A stretch of 64,000 nt of DNA from Nitrospirota bacterium (GTDB lineage Bacteria > Nitrospirota > UBA9217): the NCBI GenBank assembly GCA_963845065.1, contig CAWJQQ010000001.1, positions 992,001-1,056,000 of the forward strand, in the 5' to 3' direction. The translations under genes were made by a program, and so were the position numbers. A model generated the notes under the pieces. The model was not told where the DNA came from and did no database searches. It saw only the letters and a program-made list of their open reading frames with translations. Below, piece by piece: positions 1 to 10,756 of the stretch; position 1 is the first letter of the stretch, and each line of letters begins with the position of its first letter.

Positions 1-2
1 CC

Positions 3-59
3 CACGTATCCAGGGAACGGCTTAAGAAGATACATGAGAAGTACCACCCGAGGGGGTGA
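3..59 (+). CDS. xerD: 3' end of a XerD/XerC-type tyrosine recombinase (partial)
   Basis: Frame reads HVSRERLKKIHEKYHPRG*, matching the (YT)HV...HPR C-terminus of Xer recombinases; only 18 codons are visible. Confidence 0.6.
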   Translation, partial: HVSRERLKKIHEKYHPRG

Positions 60-172
60 GAGTTCAGTAGATGGATGTAAGAGATGGTAGATAGGGGATA
101 GGGCTCTCCAAACGCTAATGTTCGTTTTTCGCATTTCCCGTCTACCGCATTCTATCTGTTTTCCCTTAATTT

Positions 173-2791
173 ATGGAAATTATTACCAGCCATACGAACG
201 CTGATTTTGACGCGCTGGCCTCCATGGTTGCAGCAAAAAAACTCTATCCTGATGCGAAACTTGTGTTTCCCGGTTCCCAGGAAAAGAGCATGCGGGACTT
301 TTTTCTCGAGTCGGCGTTTTATGCGCTTGAGGTCGATCGTTTAAAAGATATTGATGTGGACAACATCACGCGGCTCATCATTGTCGATAACCGCAATCTT
401 GCGCGGCTCGGCAAGCTTGCCCTCGCGCTTTCGCATCCCGGCGTTTCAGTGCATATTTACGACCATCATCCGCAGGCGGCAGGTGACATCAAGGGCGAGA
501 AAGAAGTCATAGAGCAGGTGGGCGCCACAACTACTATCATGGTTGAGCTGCTCAGGCAGAAAGAGGTCCCGATCAGTCCGCTCGATGCAACGATATTCGC
601 GCTTGGTATTTACGAGGAGACAGGCTCACTTACCTTCGTATCGACTACGGAACGAGACGCACAGGCCGTGGCATATCTTATTTCGCAGGGTGCTCAGCTA
701 AATATCATTGCCGACTTCATATCCCGAGAGCTGACCACCGAGCAGATTGCGGTCCTGCAGAGTCTCATAGAATCGGCGAAAAGCTATGATATCAACGGCG
801 TTCGCGTGGTTATTTCAGCGATTTCAATCCCGCACTTCCTCCCGGACCTTGCCAACTTAGCTCACAAAATCAGGGAAATGGAAAGCCTGGACGTGCTCTT
901 TCTCGTTGTCCAGATGGGCGATAAGACGCACGTCATCGGTCGCTGTAGGATTCCGCAAGTAAACAGCGGAGTCGTGCTCGAAGCACTGGGCGGTGGTGGC
1001 CACGCCACTGCTGCGTCGGCCGTGGTCAAGGACATGACCTACTTGCAGACCCGGGAGAGCCTCATCGACATATTGAAGCAGCATATCAAACCAGGCCCTA
1101 CAACAAGCGAGATCATGACTTCACAGGTCAAGACCATCCCCTACAACAGCACTATCGCTGATGCCGGAGAGGCCATGACGCGGTTTAGCATTAATGCGAT
1201 GCCGGTTTTACGCGATGAAGCGTACCAGGGGATTATTACGAGAGAAATCGTGCAGAAGGCCCTTTTCCACGGATTGGGGAAACAAAGAGTCGAGGAGTTC
1301 ATGACCACTGGCGGCCCAGTTGCAAGCCCGGCCATGCCCATGAGCCAGGTTGAGCGAATTATGATCGAGGAGCACCAACGCTTCATTCCAGTCCTCGACG
1401 AGGGAGGTGCACTCGTAGGTGCTATCACTCGCACGGACCTACTTCGTTCACTTCACGAGGAGCGGCTCGCGGACATCAGCGAGTCCGAAGATGTGACACC
1501 CAGATCTATAAGGCACGTGAAAGGAATGATCGAAGAGCGCGTTCCCCTTGAGGTTCGTGACGCCCTCAAACTCGTCGGTGACGTGGCTGATACGAGTGGT
1601 TTCCCGGTTTATCTTGTCGGAGGCATCGTACGCGATCTGTTTCTCCGGGTCCCAAATCTCGATATAGACATTGTGGTCGAAGGCGACGGCATTACATTCG
1701 CCGGCATGCTTGTGAAACAGGGTGGCGGTCGTATGAAGACCCATCAGAAATTTGGAACCGCCGTCGTGGTACTCCCCAACGGACTCAAGATCGATATTGC
1801 CACGGCGCGTCTCGAATATTACGAATCACCGGCAGCATTGCCAACGGTGGAGCTTTCATCCATTAAAAAAGATCTTTTCCGGCGCGATTTTACAATCAAT
1901 ACGCTTTCGGTACGCCTCAACAGCGGGCGGTACGGCGAGTTGATCGATTTTTTTGGTGGCCTGCGAGATATTAAAGACAAAACTATTCGCGTGCTGCACA
2001 GCCTATCGTTCGTAGAGGATCCCACCCGTGTGCTGCGAGCCATTCGTTTCGAGCAGCGGTTTGATTTCCATCTGAACAAACACACCCAGAACCTGATCAA
2101 GACCGCCGTGAAAATGAAACTGTTCGACCGGCTGTCAGGAGAGCGGATCTATACGGAACTCATATTTATGTTCTCCGAGGCAGAGCCGCTGAAAGTCCTG
2201 AAGCGTATGGAAGACTTTGATCTCTTAAAGTTTATTCACCCAGCCTTGAAAGGGACAGTGGAGCTCGATAGGCTCTTCGCAAACATCGGTGAGACGCTTA
2301 CGTGGTTTAGACTGCTCTATCTCGATTTGGAGGCGGAAAAATGGTTTGTTTATTTTCTCGGCCTCTTCGACCGGATGAAGGACTCCGCGGCAAAGGAGGC
2401 GCTGGAACGGCTTGCGGTCCCCACTAGGATCAGGATCCGCATGCTTCAGGCACGATTGCGCTACCGCGAGGTGCTCTACGTGTTCTACAGGGAACAGGAA
2501 CTCCCATCTAGCCGCATTTACGATCTGCTGTCACCGTTGGACGTTGAGTCTATTCTTCTTATGATGGCAAAGGCGAAGAAGGAGATAGCAAGGAAGTATA
2601 TCTCACTTTATCTTACGCACCTTCGTACCGTTAAGGTGATGCTGACGGGGAATGACCTCAAGAAGCTAAATATCCCGCCTGGGCCGAGGTATAAAAAGAT
2701 CCTTGCAGAGGTTCTTAATGCTAAACTGGACGGAACAGTAAAAAACCGCGAGGAAGAGCTGGAGTTTGTAAAGCGTAAAGTGAATAAATAA
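173..2791 (+). CDS. DHH/DHHA1-CBS-poly(A) polymerase-family tRNA nucleotidyltransferase (A-adding-type architecture)
   Basis: N-terminal HTNADFD, DHH and GGGGH motifs; CBS pair; VGGIVRD-DIDIV, RRDFTIN and EDPTRVLRAIRF class II nucleotidyltransferase motifs. Confidence 0.9.
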   Translation: MEIITSHTNADFDALASMVAAKKLYPDAKLVFPGSQEKSMRDFFLESAFYALEVDRLKDIDVDNITRLIIVDNRNLARLGKLALALSHPGVSVHIYDHHPQAAGDIKGEKEVIEQVGATTTIMVELLRQKEVPISPLDATIFALGIYEETGSLTFVSTTERDAQAVAYLISQGAQLNIIADFISRELTTEQIAVLQSLIESAKSYDINGVRVVISAISIPHFLPDLANLAHKIREMESLDVLFLVVQMGDKTHVIGRCRIPQVNSGVVLEALGGGGHATAASAVVKDMTYLQTRESLIDILKQHIKPGPTTSEIMTSQVKTIPYNSTIADAGEAMTRFSINAMPVLRDEAYQGIITREIVQKALFHGLGKQRVEEFMTTGGPVASPAMPMSQVERIMIEEHQRFIPVLDEGGALVGAITRTDLLRSLHEERLADISESEDVTPRSIRHVKGMIEERVPLEVRDALKLVGDVADTSGFPVYLVGGIVRDLFLRVPNLDIDIVVEGDGITFAGMLVKQGGGRMKTHQKFGTAVVVLPNGLKIDIATARLEYYESPAALPTVELSSIKKDLFRRDFTINTLSVRLNSGRYGELIDFFGGLRDIKDKTIRVLHSLSFVEDPTRVLRAIRFEQRFDFHLNKHTQNLIKTAVKMKLFDRLSGERIYTELIFMFSEAEPLKVLKRMEDFDLLKFIHPALKGTVELDRLFANIGETLTWFRLLYLDLEAEKWFVYFLGLFDRMKDSAAKEALERLAVPTRIRIRMLQARLRYREVLYVFYREQELPSSRIYDLLSPLDVESILLMMAKAKKEIARKYISLYLTHLRTVKVMLTGNDLKKLNIPPGPRYKKILAEVLNAKLDGTVKNREEELEFVKRKVNK

Positions 2792-3057
2792 CAACAGCCG
2801 AAAAAAAATTGCGAACGAATTGCATGGCTAAAATATTTATAACGTCACAAATGTCCGTCAAGAACCCTGCCTTTATATGTTTAAGATAATTTCCATTTTG
2901 GACAAGTCTTACAGATTTAAAAAAGAGGGGATACTTGTGTCCGAACACATCGCACGTAGGCTGATGTCTGTAAGCTGGAATGAACAGGCTCTTGGCGGAC
3001 TGAACATCCCTTTGGACTGAGTGAGTAAGACTGTCGAGGTGATGGTGGCCTCCCTAA

Positions 3058-3639
3058 TCAATGCAAAAAATGTTTCAAATACTCTATGGAACGGTTGACT
3101 GATTTTTCTAATGACTCCACTCCCGTATCAATTACCAGACGATCAACAGTAATCGGTTCGGTTTTTTCTTTTAATTCTAAATATAATTTGTATGTTCTGT
3201 TGTGAGCTGGATGCGCGCCACTATGTAGACTGTCATTGAGTCTTTGTTTGGCAATGCCATCATCACAGGTGCATTCAATAATAATAGGTTTAACTTTTAA
3301 CAATTCAGAATGAGATAGTAGATGCTTTATCTGGTACGATTTAGAAAAAGTTCTCCCGTCAACAATAATTGATTGTTTCGAATTTGCTCTTAATACGTAT
3401 TCTGATATGATAAATATGGCCTTCATGCACAGGTCATCCTGCTCACGGGAAAAAACAATGGCCTCATTTGCAAATAACTCGGCGCGAATTATGTCCTTGT
3501 TGAGGATCAGTGCATCGAGGCGTTTCCCAAGTTGATGAGCAATAGCACTCTTACCCGTACCAGGCAGCCCAGCCATGGCAATAAACAGGCTTCTATTTGC
3601 TAAAGATAAATTTCTCATATTTATGATATTCTTAGGCAC
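3058..3639 (-). CDS. P-loop kinase/AAA_33-like ATPase
   Basis: GLPGTGKS Walker A and IIVDG Walker B-like; GAGGAGG RBS before a GTG start. Confidence 0.75.
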   Translation of the reverse strand: MPKNIINMRNLSLANRSLFIAMAGLPGTGKSAIAHQLGKRLDALILNKDIIRAELFANEAIVFSREQDDLCMKAIFIISEYVLRANSKQSIIVDGRTFSKSYQIKHLLSHSELLKVKPIIIECTCDDGIAKQRLNDSLHSGAHPAHNRTYKLYLELKEKTEPITVDRLVIDTGVESLEKSVNRSIEYLKHFLH

Positions 3640-4602
3640 GAACCTCCTCGTTCAATTTCCTCATTGATTCCGGCTTCAGGAATGCTGCATCATTCGCCCC
3701 TACTTGCGTTCATAGCAACGTAACAGCCTTATTTCGCTTCACGGGCATGTAGACGCCGGTAGGGAAGTAGTTAGAAGCATGGTTCGCAAAGAAAAGACTG
3801 CGGGTCATCTTGTTATGCGCGAGCATCTCAACGAATTTGGAGACAATAACGAGGATAGATGAGAGCCTGAATCTTTCCTCTGCTAAAGTTCATTGAGTGC
3901 CAATTTTATCACCATCATTGTCGTACGCGCGTCGGCATATTCGGGATCAATAGCGGAATGCAGCTTTTCTGGTCTGGCGGGTAAGATGAATGCTCCTTTC
4001 GGCCCGCCGATCCAGAGCAAGACTGTAAAGAAGAGCCTGATCCCCGCAAATCTCATGCATCGGCCGGATACTTCCTTTACCATCACGCCTGCTTGAGGTT
4101 AGTACTATACATAAGCGTTGCATGATCCGGGTTGCAGCCTGTTTGGCACGGTAATATATTATGGGTGAATAAGTTTATTATATGGATATCCGTTTTATTG
4201 TCAATGAAGTTAATAAGATATTTTTTAAAAGATAGTTTTTTAGCGAACTAGACGACAGTGACGTGTCAATAAGACGTGAAATATGAGTCGGAAATCCTAA
4301 GGCAAAGTTATCGCCGTTCAGGATCTTTTAAAATCCGTCATCTAACCCATCAGGTACAAAACGTATATGTTAATCAGTGAGAATTCGATGATTATGCAGT
4401 TTAAGTTATTGCGATGATATTTAATTCCGATTTTCTGCAACCTTCGTATTAAAAAACGCATTTAACTAAATAGCTAGCGTTGACGCCCACACTGCCCGGT
4501 GATACCCTTAAAATAAAGATGGACATTATTTGTCCCGTTTAGCCGACAATCCAGTTTTAATTCACAGAGAGGGGCAGGGTAGAAGAACTGTGGAGGTTTT
4601 TT

Positions 4603-5382
4603 ATGGCGGGAGGAACTATCTGGAAAGGATATATTCATTTTGGGGAAACGGATGTGCCTGTGAAACTACATACCGCAGTGAGGGAAGAGCGGATTCAGTT
4701 TCACCTTCTTCACAGCCGGGACCATGTAAGATTGCGCCAACAGATGATATGTGCATATGAAAAAATAGCAGTCCCAGCAGCTGAACAGTCCAAAGGGTTT
4801 GAGGTAGATGATGGGAAATATATCATCGTCGACCCGGAAGAACTCGAACAATACGCTCCTGATAGCAGCAGGATGATCGAGGTACACGAGTTCGTCAAAA
4901 CCGCACAAATCGATCCCATCTTTATTGACCATGTCTATTACTTGGAACCGGATATTACGAATATACAGGGTAAAGGATATAATGCGCTTGTCAGGGCCTT
5001 GAACGAGATCAATGTGGAAGGCATCTGCACCTGGACGATGAGAAAACGGTCTTATGTAGGAGCTTTACAGGCAAATGGGAAGATCCTTCGTTTAAATGCG
5101 CTGCGCTTTGCCGACGAAGTAATTCCGGCAGCATCCCTAGGACTGCAGGATGTTCCTTTGTCGGAAAAAGAACTTGATATCGGGGGCGATTTGATTGGCA
5201 AGCTGACCGTTCCCTTTGAGCCGAGAAAATTTGAAAACGAGCATCAGAAGAAACTGCAAAATTTGATTGAGAAAAAAGCCCGCGGAGAAAAAATTACGGT
5301 CCTACCCCCCGTGCTTATGAAATCCACTCAATCAGACCAACTGCTTCAGGTCCTTGAAGCGAGTCTGAAGAAGGTGGCCTGA
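4603..5382 (+). CDS. ku: NHEJ Ku protein (copy 1)
   Basis: IWKGYIHFG-PVKL, KGFE, IEVHEFV, IDPIF..YYLEPD, LRFADEV and L..SL C-terminal Ku motifs; GGAGG RBS. Confidence 0.9.
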   Translation: MAGGTIWKGYIHFGETDVPVKLHTAVREERIQFHLLHSRDHVRLRQQMICAYEKIAVPAAEQSKGFEVDDGKYIIVDPEELEQYAPDSSRMIEVHEFVKTAQIDPIFIDHVYYLEPDITNIQGKGYNALVRALNEINVEGICTWTMRKRSYVGALQANGKILRLNALRFADEVIPAASLGLQDVPLSEKELDIGGDLIGKLTVPFEPRKFENEHQKKLQNLIEKKARGEKITVLPPVLMKSTQSDQLLQVLEASLKKVA

Positions 5383-5445
5383 GGGGAGATCGCGATCCGA
5401 TCGAGGAGGTACTAGTAAAGTTGTCTTAAAGCAGGGAGGAACGAC

Positions 5446-6231
5446 ATGGCGGTGCAAGGTATATGGAGCGGGACGATCAGTTTCAGTCTGGTGGCGATTC
5501 CGGTACGGTTGGTTACGGCAATCGAACCTGGCCGTGTCTCTTTTCACCTGCTCCATAGTAAGGATTACTCTCGCCTCTCACGGAAAATGTTTTGTCCTGA
5601 AGAGAAAATAATGGTTTCTCCGGATGAGGTTATCAGGGGTTATGAAATCGTGCCGGACAAATATGTGCTGATGTCAGATGAAGAACTGGAGTCCGTGTCC
5701 CCAGAACGTAGCCGCACGATCGAGATTCTGGAGTTTATCGATATGAAGGAAGTGGATCCAATCTATTATGAACGCCCCTATTATCTCGTTCCGTCGAAAG
5801 GGGGCGAAAAAGCGTATCAGTTGCTGGTCGAGGTGATGAGTCGGACAAACAAGGCGGGAATTGCAAAGTTTGTTCTAGCTGAAAGAGAGTATCTTGTGGC
5901 GGTCAAAAGCAGGGACGGAGCGCTGGTTCTCACCACACTTCATTACAACGACGAAATCCTTCTCGATGAAGACATGACACCGAATCAAGGAGTGATTGAA
6001 TCTGAAGAGGAAAATAGGATAAAAAAAAGCATTGAGCATATGATCGAAGACTTTAATCCGGGGAAATATGTGGACGAACGCCGGAAAAAACTTATGGATT
6101 TCCTGACGAAGAAGGCGAATGAAAAGGCGCTGGTGGAGGGTCCTTCAGTAGAGGAAGAAGAGGGAGACGGTCCGGCTGATCTGGTTGCCGCGCTGGAGGA
6201 GAGCATGCGAAAAGTGAAGGAAAGCAAATGA
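5446..6231 (+). CDS. ku: NHEJ Ku protein (copy 2)
   Basis: IWSGTISFSLVAIPVRL, RGYE, IEILEFI, DPIYYERPYYL, DLVAALEES. Confidence 0.93.
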   Translation: MAVQGIWSGTISFSLVAIPVRLVTAIEPGRVSFHLLHSKDYSRLSRKMFCPEEKIMVSPDEVIRGYEIVPDKYVLMSDEELESVSPERSRTIEILEFIDMKEVDPIYYERPYYLVPSKGGEKAYQLLVEVMSRTNKAGIAKFVLAEREYLVAVKSRDGALVLTTLHYNDEILLDEDMTPNQGVIESEEENRIKKSIEHMIEDFNPGKYVDERRKKLMDFLTKKANEKALVEGPSVEEEEGDGPADLVAALEESMRKVKESK

Positions 6232-7133
6232 GCCGAACATTAATCGCAATGGCAGGGAGGAGACTCCCCTTATCAAACCTTGAAAAGGACCTCTATCCCA
6301 CCTATGGTTTCACGAAAGCCCACATTCTGGACTACTACCGTGGGATTGCACCGTTTATCCTGCCCCATTTAAAAGACCGGGCATTGACCTTCAAGCGCTA
6401 TCCCGAAGGAGTGGAAAATGATTTTTTTTTCGAGAAGCGCTGTCCTTCTTATCGTCCATCGTGGGTGAAAACTGCGGAGATTCCCCAAGAAGACGGAAAA
6501 TTGATGACGGTCTGCTTGATCAACGATCTGGAAACGCTGATATGGGTGGAAAACCTTGCGTCTCTTGAACTCCATGTACCCCTGTCCAAAGTCGCTTCCC
6601 CTGAAACGCCTGATTCTATGGTCTTCGACTTGGATCCCGGCGAGCAGGCCAGCATTATGGAATGCGCACGTGTGGCGCTCATACTCAGGGACTTACTCTC
6701 CCGAATAGGGCTTGTGAGTTATGTAAAAACCTCAGGCAGAAAAGGACTTCATGTATATGTCCCCTTGAATCGCAAGGAAGTGACTTTTGAAGAGACAAAG
6801 ACATTTTCGAAAGTCGTGGCAGGAATCATGCAGAAACATTATCCCGATCTGGTAACTGCAAAAATGGCGAAGCGATACCGGAAAGGAAGGGTTTTTATTA
6901 ACTGGTCTCAAAACGATGCTTCGAAAACGATGATTTGCGTTTATTCTCTGCGTGCCCGGGAAAAACCGCTTGTATCGTTTCCACTTGCATGGGAGGACCT
7001 TGAAGATATAGCCGGGCTTGGTGACCAGGAAAGATTGCAGATCATTCATACGGCAGCCGAGAGCAGAGCAAAAAAAACCGGTGACCTTTTTCAGGAGGTG
7101 CTTGTGAAAGAACAGAAACTGCCTCATTTCTGA
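6228..7133 (+). CDS. Stand-alone LigD polymerase (AEP primase-polymerase) domain
   Basis: LSNLEKDLYP, KRYPEG, FFEK, FDLDP, KTSGRKGLH, INWSQN; ATGA overlap with the second Ku. Confidence 0.9.
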   Translation: MSRTLIAMAGRRLPLSNLEKDLYPTYGFTKAHILDYYRGIAPFILPHLKDRALTFKRYPEGVENDFFFEKRCPSYRPSWVKTAEIPQEDGKLMTVCLINDLETLIWVENLASLELHVPLSKVASPETPDSMVFDLDPGEQASIMECARVALILRDLLSRIGLVSYVKTSGRKGLHVYVPLNRKEVTFEETKTFSKVVAGIMQKHYPDLVTAKMAKRYRKGRVFINWSQNDASKTMICVYSLRAREKPLVSFPLAWEDLEDIAGLGDQERLQIIHTAAESRAKKTGDLFQEVLVKEQKLPHF

Positions 7134-7424
7134 TTGTATCAACGTGAGCCATGCCCCGATACACGGTTATTTTTCCTAAATGACCAAGAAATGAAACCCT
7201 AAGAAGGGTACGTGACTAAAAATTATTTACAGGTGGCTGATCGCTTGAAGTATATTTCAAAAAACACGTCTTTCGGGCTGTGAGCCTGCAAGGCTTCTAG
7301 CTGGTTACCGATGATCATGCATTAGTCGATTGATCACGGGGACATCGACCTTACGGTATGTGTTCTGCGGGATTTTTTTGTCCGGTCTATGTTCCCGAGG
7401 GAAGCGCCCCGAAGAGGCAATGTT

Positions 7425-9041
7425 ATGGGATTGATAGAATACTCATCTAAACGGGAATTCGAGAAAACGCCCGAACCGAAACCGGGCCATGGCTATGAGG
7501 GGCACAGTCCTATTTTTGTCGTTCATAAGCACGCGGCACGGGCCCTACATTATGATCTTAGGCTGGAGCTGGAAGGGGTGCTGAAGAGTTGGGCTGTGCC
7601 AAGGGGGCCCACGCTGGATCCTTCATTAAAAAGACTGGCCGTAATGGTAGAAGACCACCCGCTTGATTACAAAGATTTTGAAGGCGCAATCCCGGAAGGC
7701 AATTACGGCGCAGGAAGCGTTATAATATGGGACCGGGGCTTTTATCATTATCCTTCCGTAAGAGACGAAAACGAAAGCGAGAAACTTCTTCTGGACGGAT
7801 TAAGAAAAGGGAATATGAAATTTATCCTCGAGGGAGAAAAGCTTCACGGGGAATTCGCACTGGTTAAGACGAGAAAGGATGGTAAGTCGTGGCTTCTCTT
7901 GAAGAAAAAAGATCGAAACACGAAGGAAGGAGACATCCTCAAAGATAACCGTTCCGTAGTGTCCCATAAGACGCTCGAGGAGATGCTCGAAAAAAATCCG
8001 AAAAGATCTTTCAGACAAAATAAAATAAGACAAATTCGTATTCATGAAGCCGTAGAAATGGAAGATCTGAAGGACGCGCCTGCCAAACCAATACCGCAGG
8101 GCATAAAGCCAATGCTCGCGACCATAGTCAAGGAACCATTCGACCATCCGGATTGGATTTTTGAAGTAAAATGGGACGGATACCGTGCCATTGCTGAAAT
8201 CCGAAAGGGGGGTGTTTCGCTTTATTCTCGGAATGGGATATCCTTCGCCAAAAAATTTATTCCTGTGGTAGATTCGCTGCGGAAATTAGGGTTTGACGCT
8301 ATTCTGGACGGAGAAATTGTGGTCGTGGACGACGAAGGACGACCTGATTTCCAGATGCTGCAGCATTACCATGAATCCGGAAGCGGTCATTTGCTCTATT
8401 ACGTTTTCGATCTTCTCCACCTCCGGGGACATGATCTTACGAATCTGCCCCTGCTTAAGAGGAAAGAGCTCTTGAAAAGAACTCTTCCCTCTGGTCCGAA
8501 AATAAGATTGAGCGATTACATATGGAACGAAGGCGTTTTGTTCTACAATGTCGTTAAAGATAAGGGGCTGGAAGGGATTATTGCCAAACATGCTCATAGC
8601 GCATACGAAATGGGTAGGCGGAGCCGACAGTGGCTGAAAGTGAAAATGCAACTCACGCAGGAGGGTGTGATCGCAGGATTTACAGAACCAGGAGGTGGCA
8701 GAAAATATTTCGGCGCTCTTGTTCTTGGAGTATTTGAAGGGAACGAGTTGATTTACGCAGGTCACGTAGGAGGTGGATTCACGGTAAAGAATTTAAAAGA
8801 AATCCGCGAAAAACTGGAGCCTTTGATCCAAGAAGAATGCCCCTTTAACGTAAAGCCGGAAACCAATGCCCCAGTCACCTGGGTAAAGCCGGATATCGTC
8901 TGCGAAGTTAGTTTATCCGGCTGGACTGAAGATGTTGTAATGAGGCAACCAATTTTTTTAAGGTTGCGCGAGGATAAAACCGCGAGCGAGGTGGTGCTGG
9001 AAAAGCCCCTGATGAGCGGTGGTGGAGGATTACAAAAATGA
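7425..9041 (+). CDS. ligD: LigD phosphoesterase + ATP-dependent DNA ligase (no polymerase domain)
   Basis: FVVHKH..LHYDLRLE..KSWAVP..EDHP phosphoesterase domain; EVKWDGYR, DGE, FDLL, EGIIAK and WLKVK ligase motifs. Start placed at the ATG after AGAGG. Confidence 0.9.
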   Translation: MGLIEYSSKREFEKTPEPKPGHGYEGHSPIFVVHKHAARALHYDLRLELEGVLKSWAVPRGPTLDPSLKRLAVMVEDHPLDYKDFEGAIPEGNYGAGSVIIWDRGFYHYPSVRDENESEKLLLDGLRKGNMKFILEGEKLHGEFALVKTRKDGKSWLLLKKKDRNTKEGDILKDNRSVVSHKTLEEMLEKNPKRSFRQNKIRQIRIHEAVEMEDLKDAPAKPIPQGIKPMLATIVKEPFDHPDWIFEVKWDGYRAIAEIRKGGVSLYSRNGISFAKKFIPVVDSLRKLGFDAILDGEIVVVDDEGRPDFQMLQHYHESGSGHLLYYVFDLLHLRGHDLTNLPLLKRKELLKRTLPSGPKIRLSDYIWNEGVLFYNVVKDKGLEGIIAKHAHSAYEMGRRSRQWLKVKMQLTQEGVIAGFTEPGGGRKYFGALVLGVFEGNELIYAGHVGGGFTVKNLKEIREKLEPLIQEECPFNVKPETNAPVTWVKPDIVCEVSLSGWTEDVVMRQPIFLRLREDKTASEVVLEKPLMSGGGGLQK

Positions 9042-9790
9042 CGAATATCTATGTCGGTACAAGCGGATTTGCGCATAAGGAATGGAAAGGGAAATTCTAT
9101 CCTAAAGATATCTCACCCAAGGATATGATTCGCTTCTATGCTGAACGCCTCAACTCGGTCGAGATCAACAATACCTTTTATCATATGCCTAAAGAAAGCG
9201 TGCTTATGTCCTGGGCCGAACGGGTTCCAAATGATTTTGTTTTCGCGCTCAAAGCGCCCCAAGTTATAACGCATGTAAAGCGGTTGAGAGATGTATTCGG
9301 GGAGGCCGAATACCTCTTCGGGTCACTGTCGGTCCTGGATGGGAAATTAGGGCCGATCCTTTTTCAGTTCCCCAAAAGCTTTCGTGCGGATGGACCTGCC
9401 CTCAAAGATTTTCTAGCTCTGATTCCCGGTACTAGGTCATGTGCATTCGAGTTTCGCAGCCCCACGTGGAATGATGCTGAAATCCTGAACCTACTAAGTG
9501 AAAGGGGATTCAGCTTGTGCGTTGCAGATACTGATGAAAATCCAACGAATGATATCATCAGTACGGCACCATGGGGGTACCTCCGGCTGCGCCGCTCCAA
9601 TTACACGGATGCCGATCTTTCACAATGGGTGGAAATAATCCTTTCACAACAATGGGAAAAGGCCTTCGTGTTTTTTAAGCACGAGGGCGATGCCAACGGT
9701 GCCGAAATGGCTATGCGTTTTCAGGAGCTTATTGATTCAAGATTAGGTACGAAAAACATTAAAATAGGAAGGACAATTAGGGCCCGTTAG
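9038..9790 (+). CDS. DUF72 family protein
   Basis: VGTSGF..W..FYP, VEINNTFY, KAPQVITH, LFQFP, AFEFR, YLRLR; ATGA overlap with ligD. Confidence 0.88.
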   Translation: MTNIYVGTSGFAHKEWKGKFYPKDISPKDMIRFYAERLNSVEINNTFYHMPKESVLMSWAERVPNDFVFALKAPQVITHVKRLRDVFGEAEYLFGSLSVLDGKLGPILFQFPKSFRADGPALKDFLALIPGTRSCAFEFRSPTWNDAEILNLLSERGFSLCVADTDENPTNDIISTAPWGYLRLRRSNYTDADLSQWVEIILSQQWEKAFVFFKHEGDANGAEMAMRFQELIDSRLGTKNIKIGRTIRAR

Positions 9791-9954
9791 AAAAAAAGTT
9801 CCTAGGGCGTCCCGTGAAAGGCTTTTTGCTTGATTGCGGTAAAAAGATTGTCAGTCCAATTCGATTCAGTAGCCCGAGGCGGATTGGCATTGTAAGAGTT
9901 AGTGACAACGTTCAGGGCATCGTTCACTAAACTATCATTCAGAACATCGATCAA

Positions 9955-10680
9955 AAACGCTCTTTGACAATCGAATAGCCACAACCTTTATAATCATGGA
10001 CACTGATTTACTTAGGAGGTGTCCATGAAAAAAAACTTTTGAAGCAACGAGCATTAGCAGTGCAGAGGTATCTCACCGGAGATAATCGGGAGAGTATCTG
10101 CACCTCACTGGGAAAACAACTCGCTGGCTGTACAAACGGTTAGCACGACATACGCAAGTTGATCCAGCATGGTGACGAGCTGTTTCGGCGACCGTTTTCT
10201 AGCCCCAATCGCACCTTTGCAGAGATCGAAAATATCGTGAAGATGTGTCGGCTGAATCTCTAAAAAAAGGGACTATTTTGCCGCAATCAAGCCATCAAAT
10301 GGGAGATGAACGACATGGAGGTTCGACCCTTCCCTCCCTCACCACCATTGGCCGTATGTTACGGCGACGCGAATTAACTCATCGGCGGACCAGAAGATAT
10401 ACACCGAAGGGCAAGAAGTATCCCGAACTTCCGGCGCTCTTGCCCAATCAGACCCATCAGGTTGATATGGTTGACTCTTGTTATATTACCGGTCCGGTCA
10501 AGTTCTACGGCCTGCATGCCGTCGATACCGCAGTCAAGCGGCGTGGAATAGAGCAGATACCCTCCCTTCCCGTGCAGCGCAAAGCGTTTTGGACGCCGTT
10601 TATGCGGTTTGGATGCGTGCGATGTTCTAAACGTTGCCAGTTAGACATTAAGGTTTTAAAACGCTTTGAATCGACGTAGA
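9955..10680 (+). pseudogene. Degenerate IS481-like transposase, homologous to the element at 15783-17181
   Basis: Shared leader (TCTTTGACAATCGAATAGCCACA) and peptides (LPSLTTIGRMLRRRELTHRRT..PKGKKYP..PNQTHQ), broken by stops and frameshifts; 3' truncated. Confidence 0.85.
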
Positions 10681-10756
10681 GATTCCGGAATACTCCCACG
10701 AAGTGTATTTAGAAGACAAAAAAAGAACTATCAAGCGTAAATGCTACTTGAAAATC

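Noticed and set aside
3660..4100. Short ORFs upstream of the Ku cluster
   Set aside because: No RBS or recognisable family; possibly decayed coding DNA, but unsupported.
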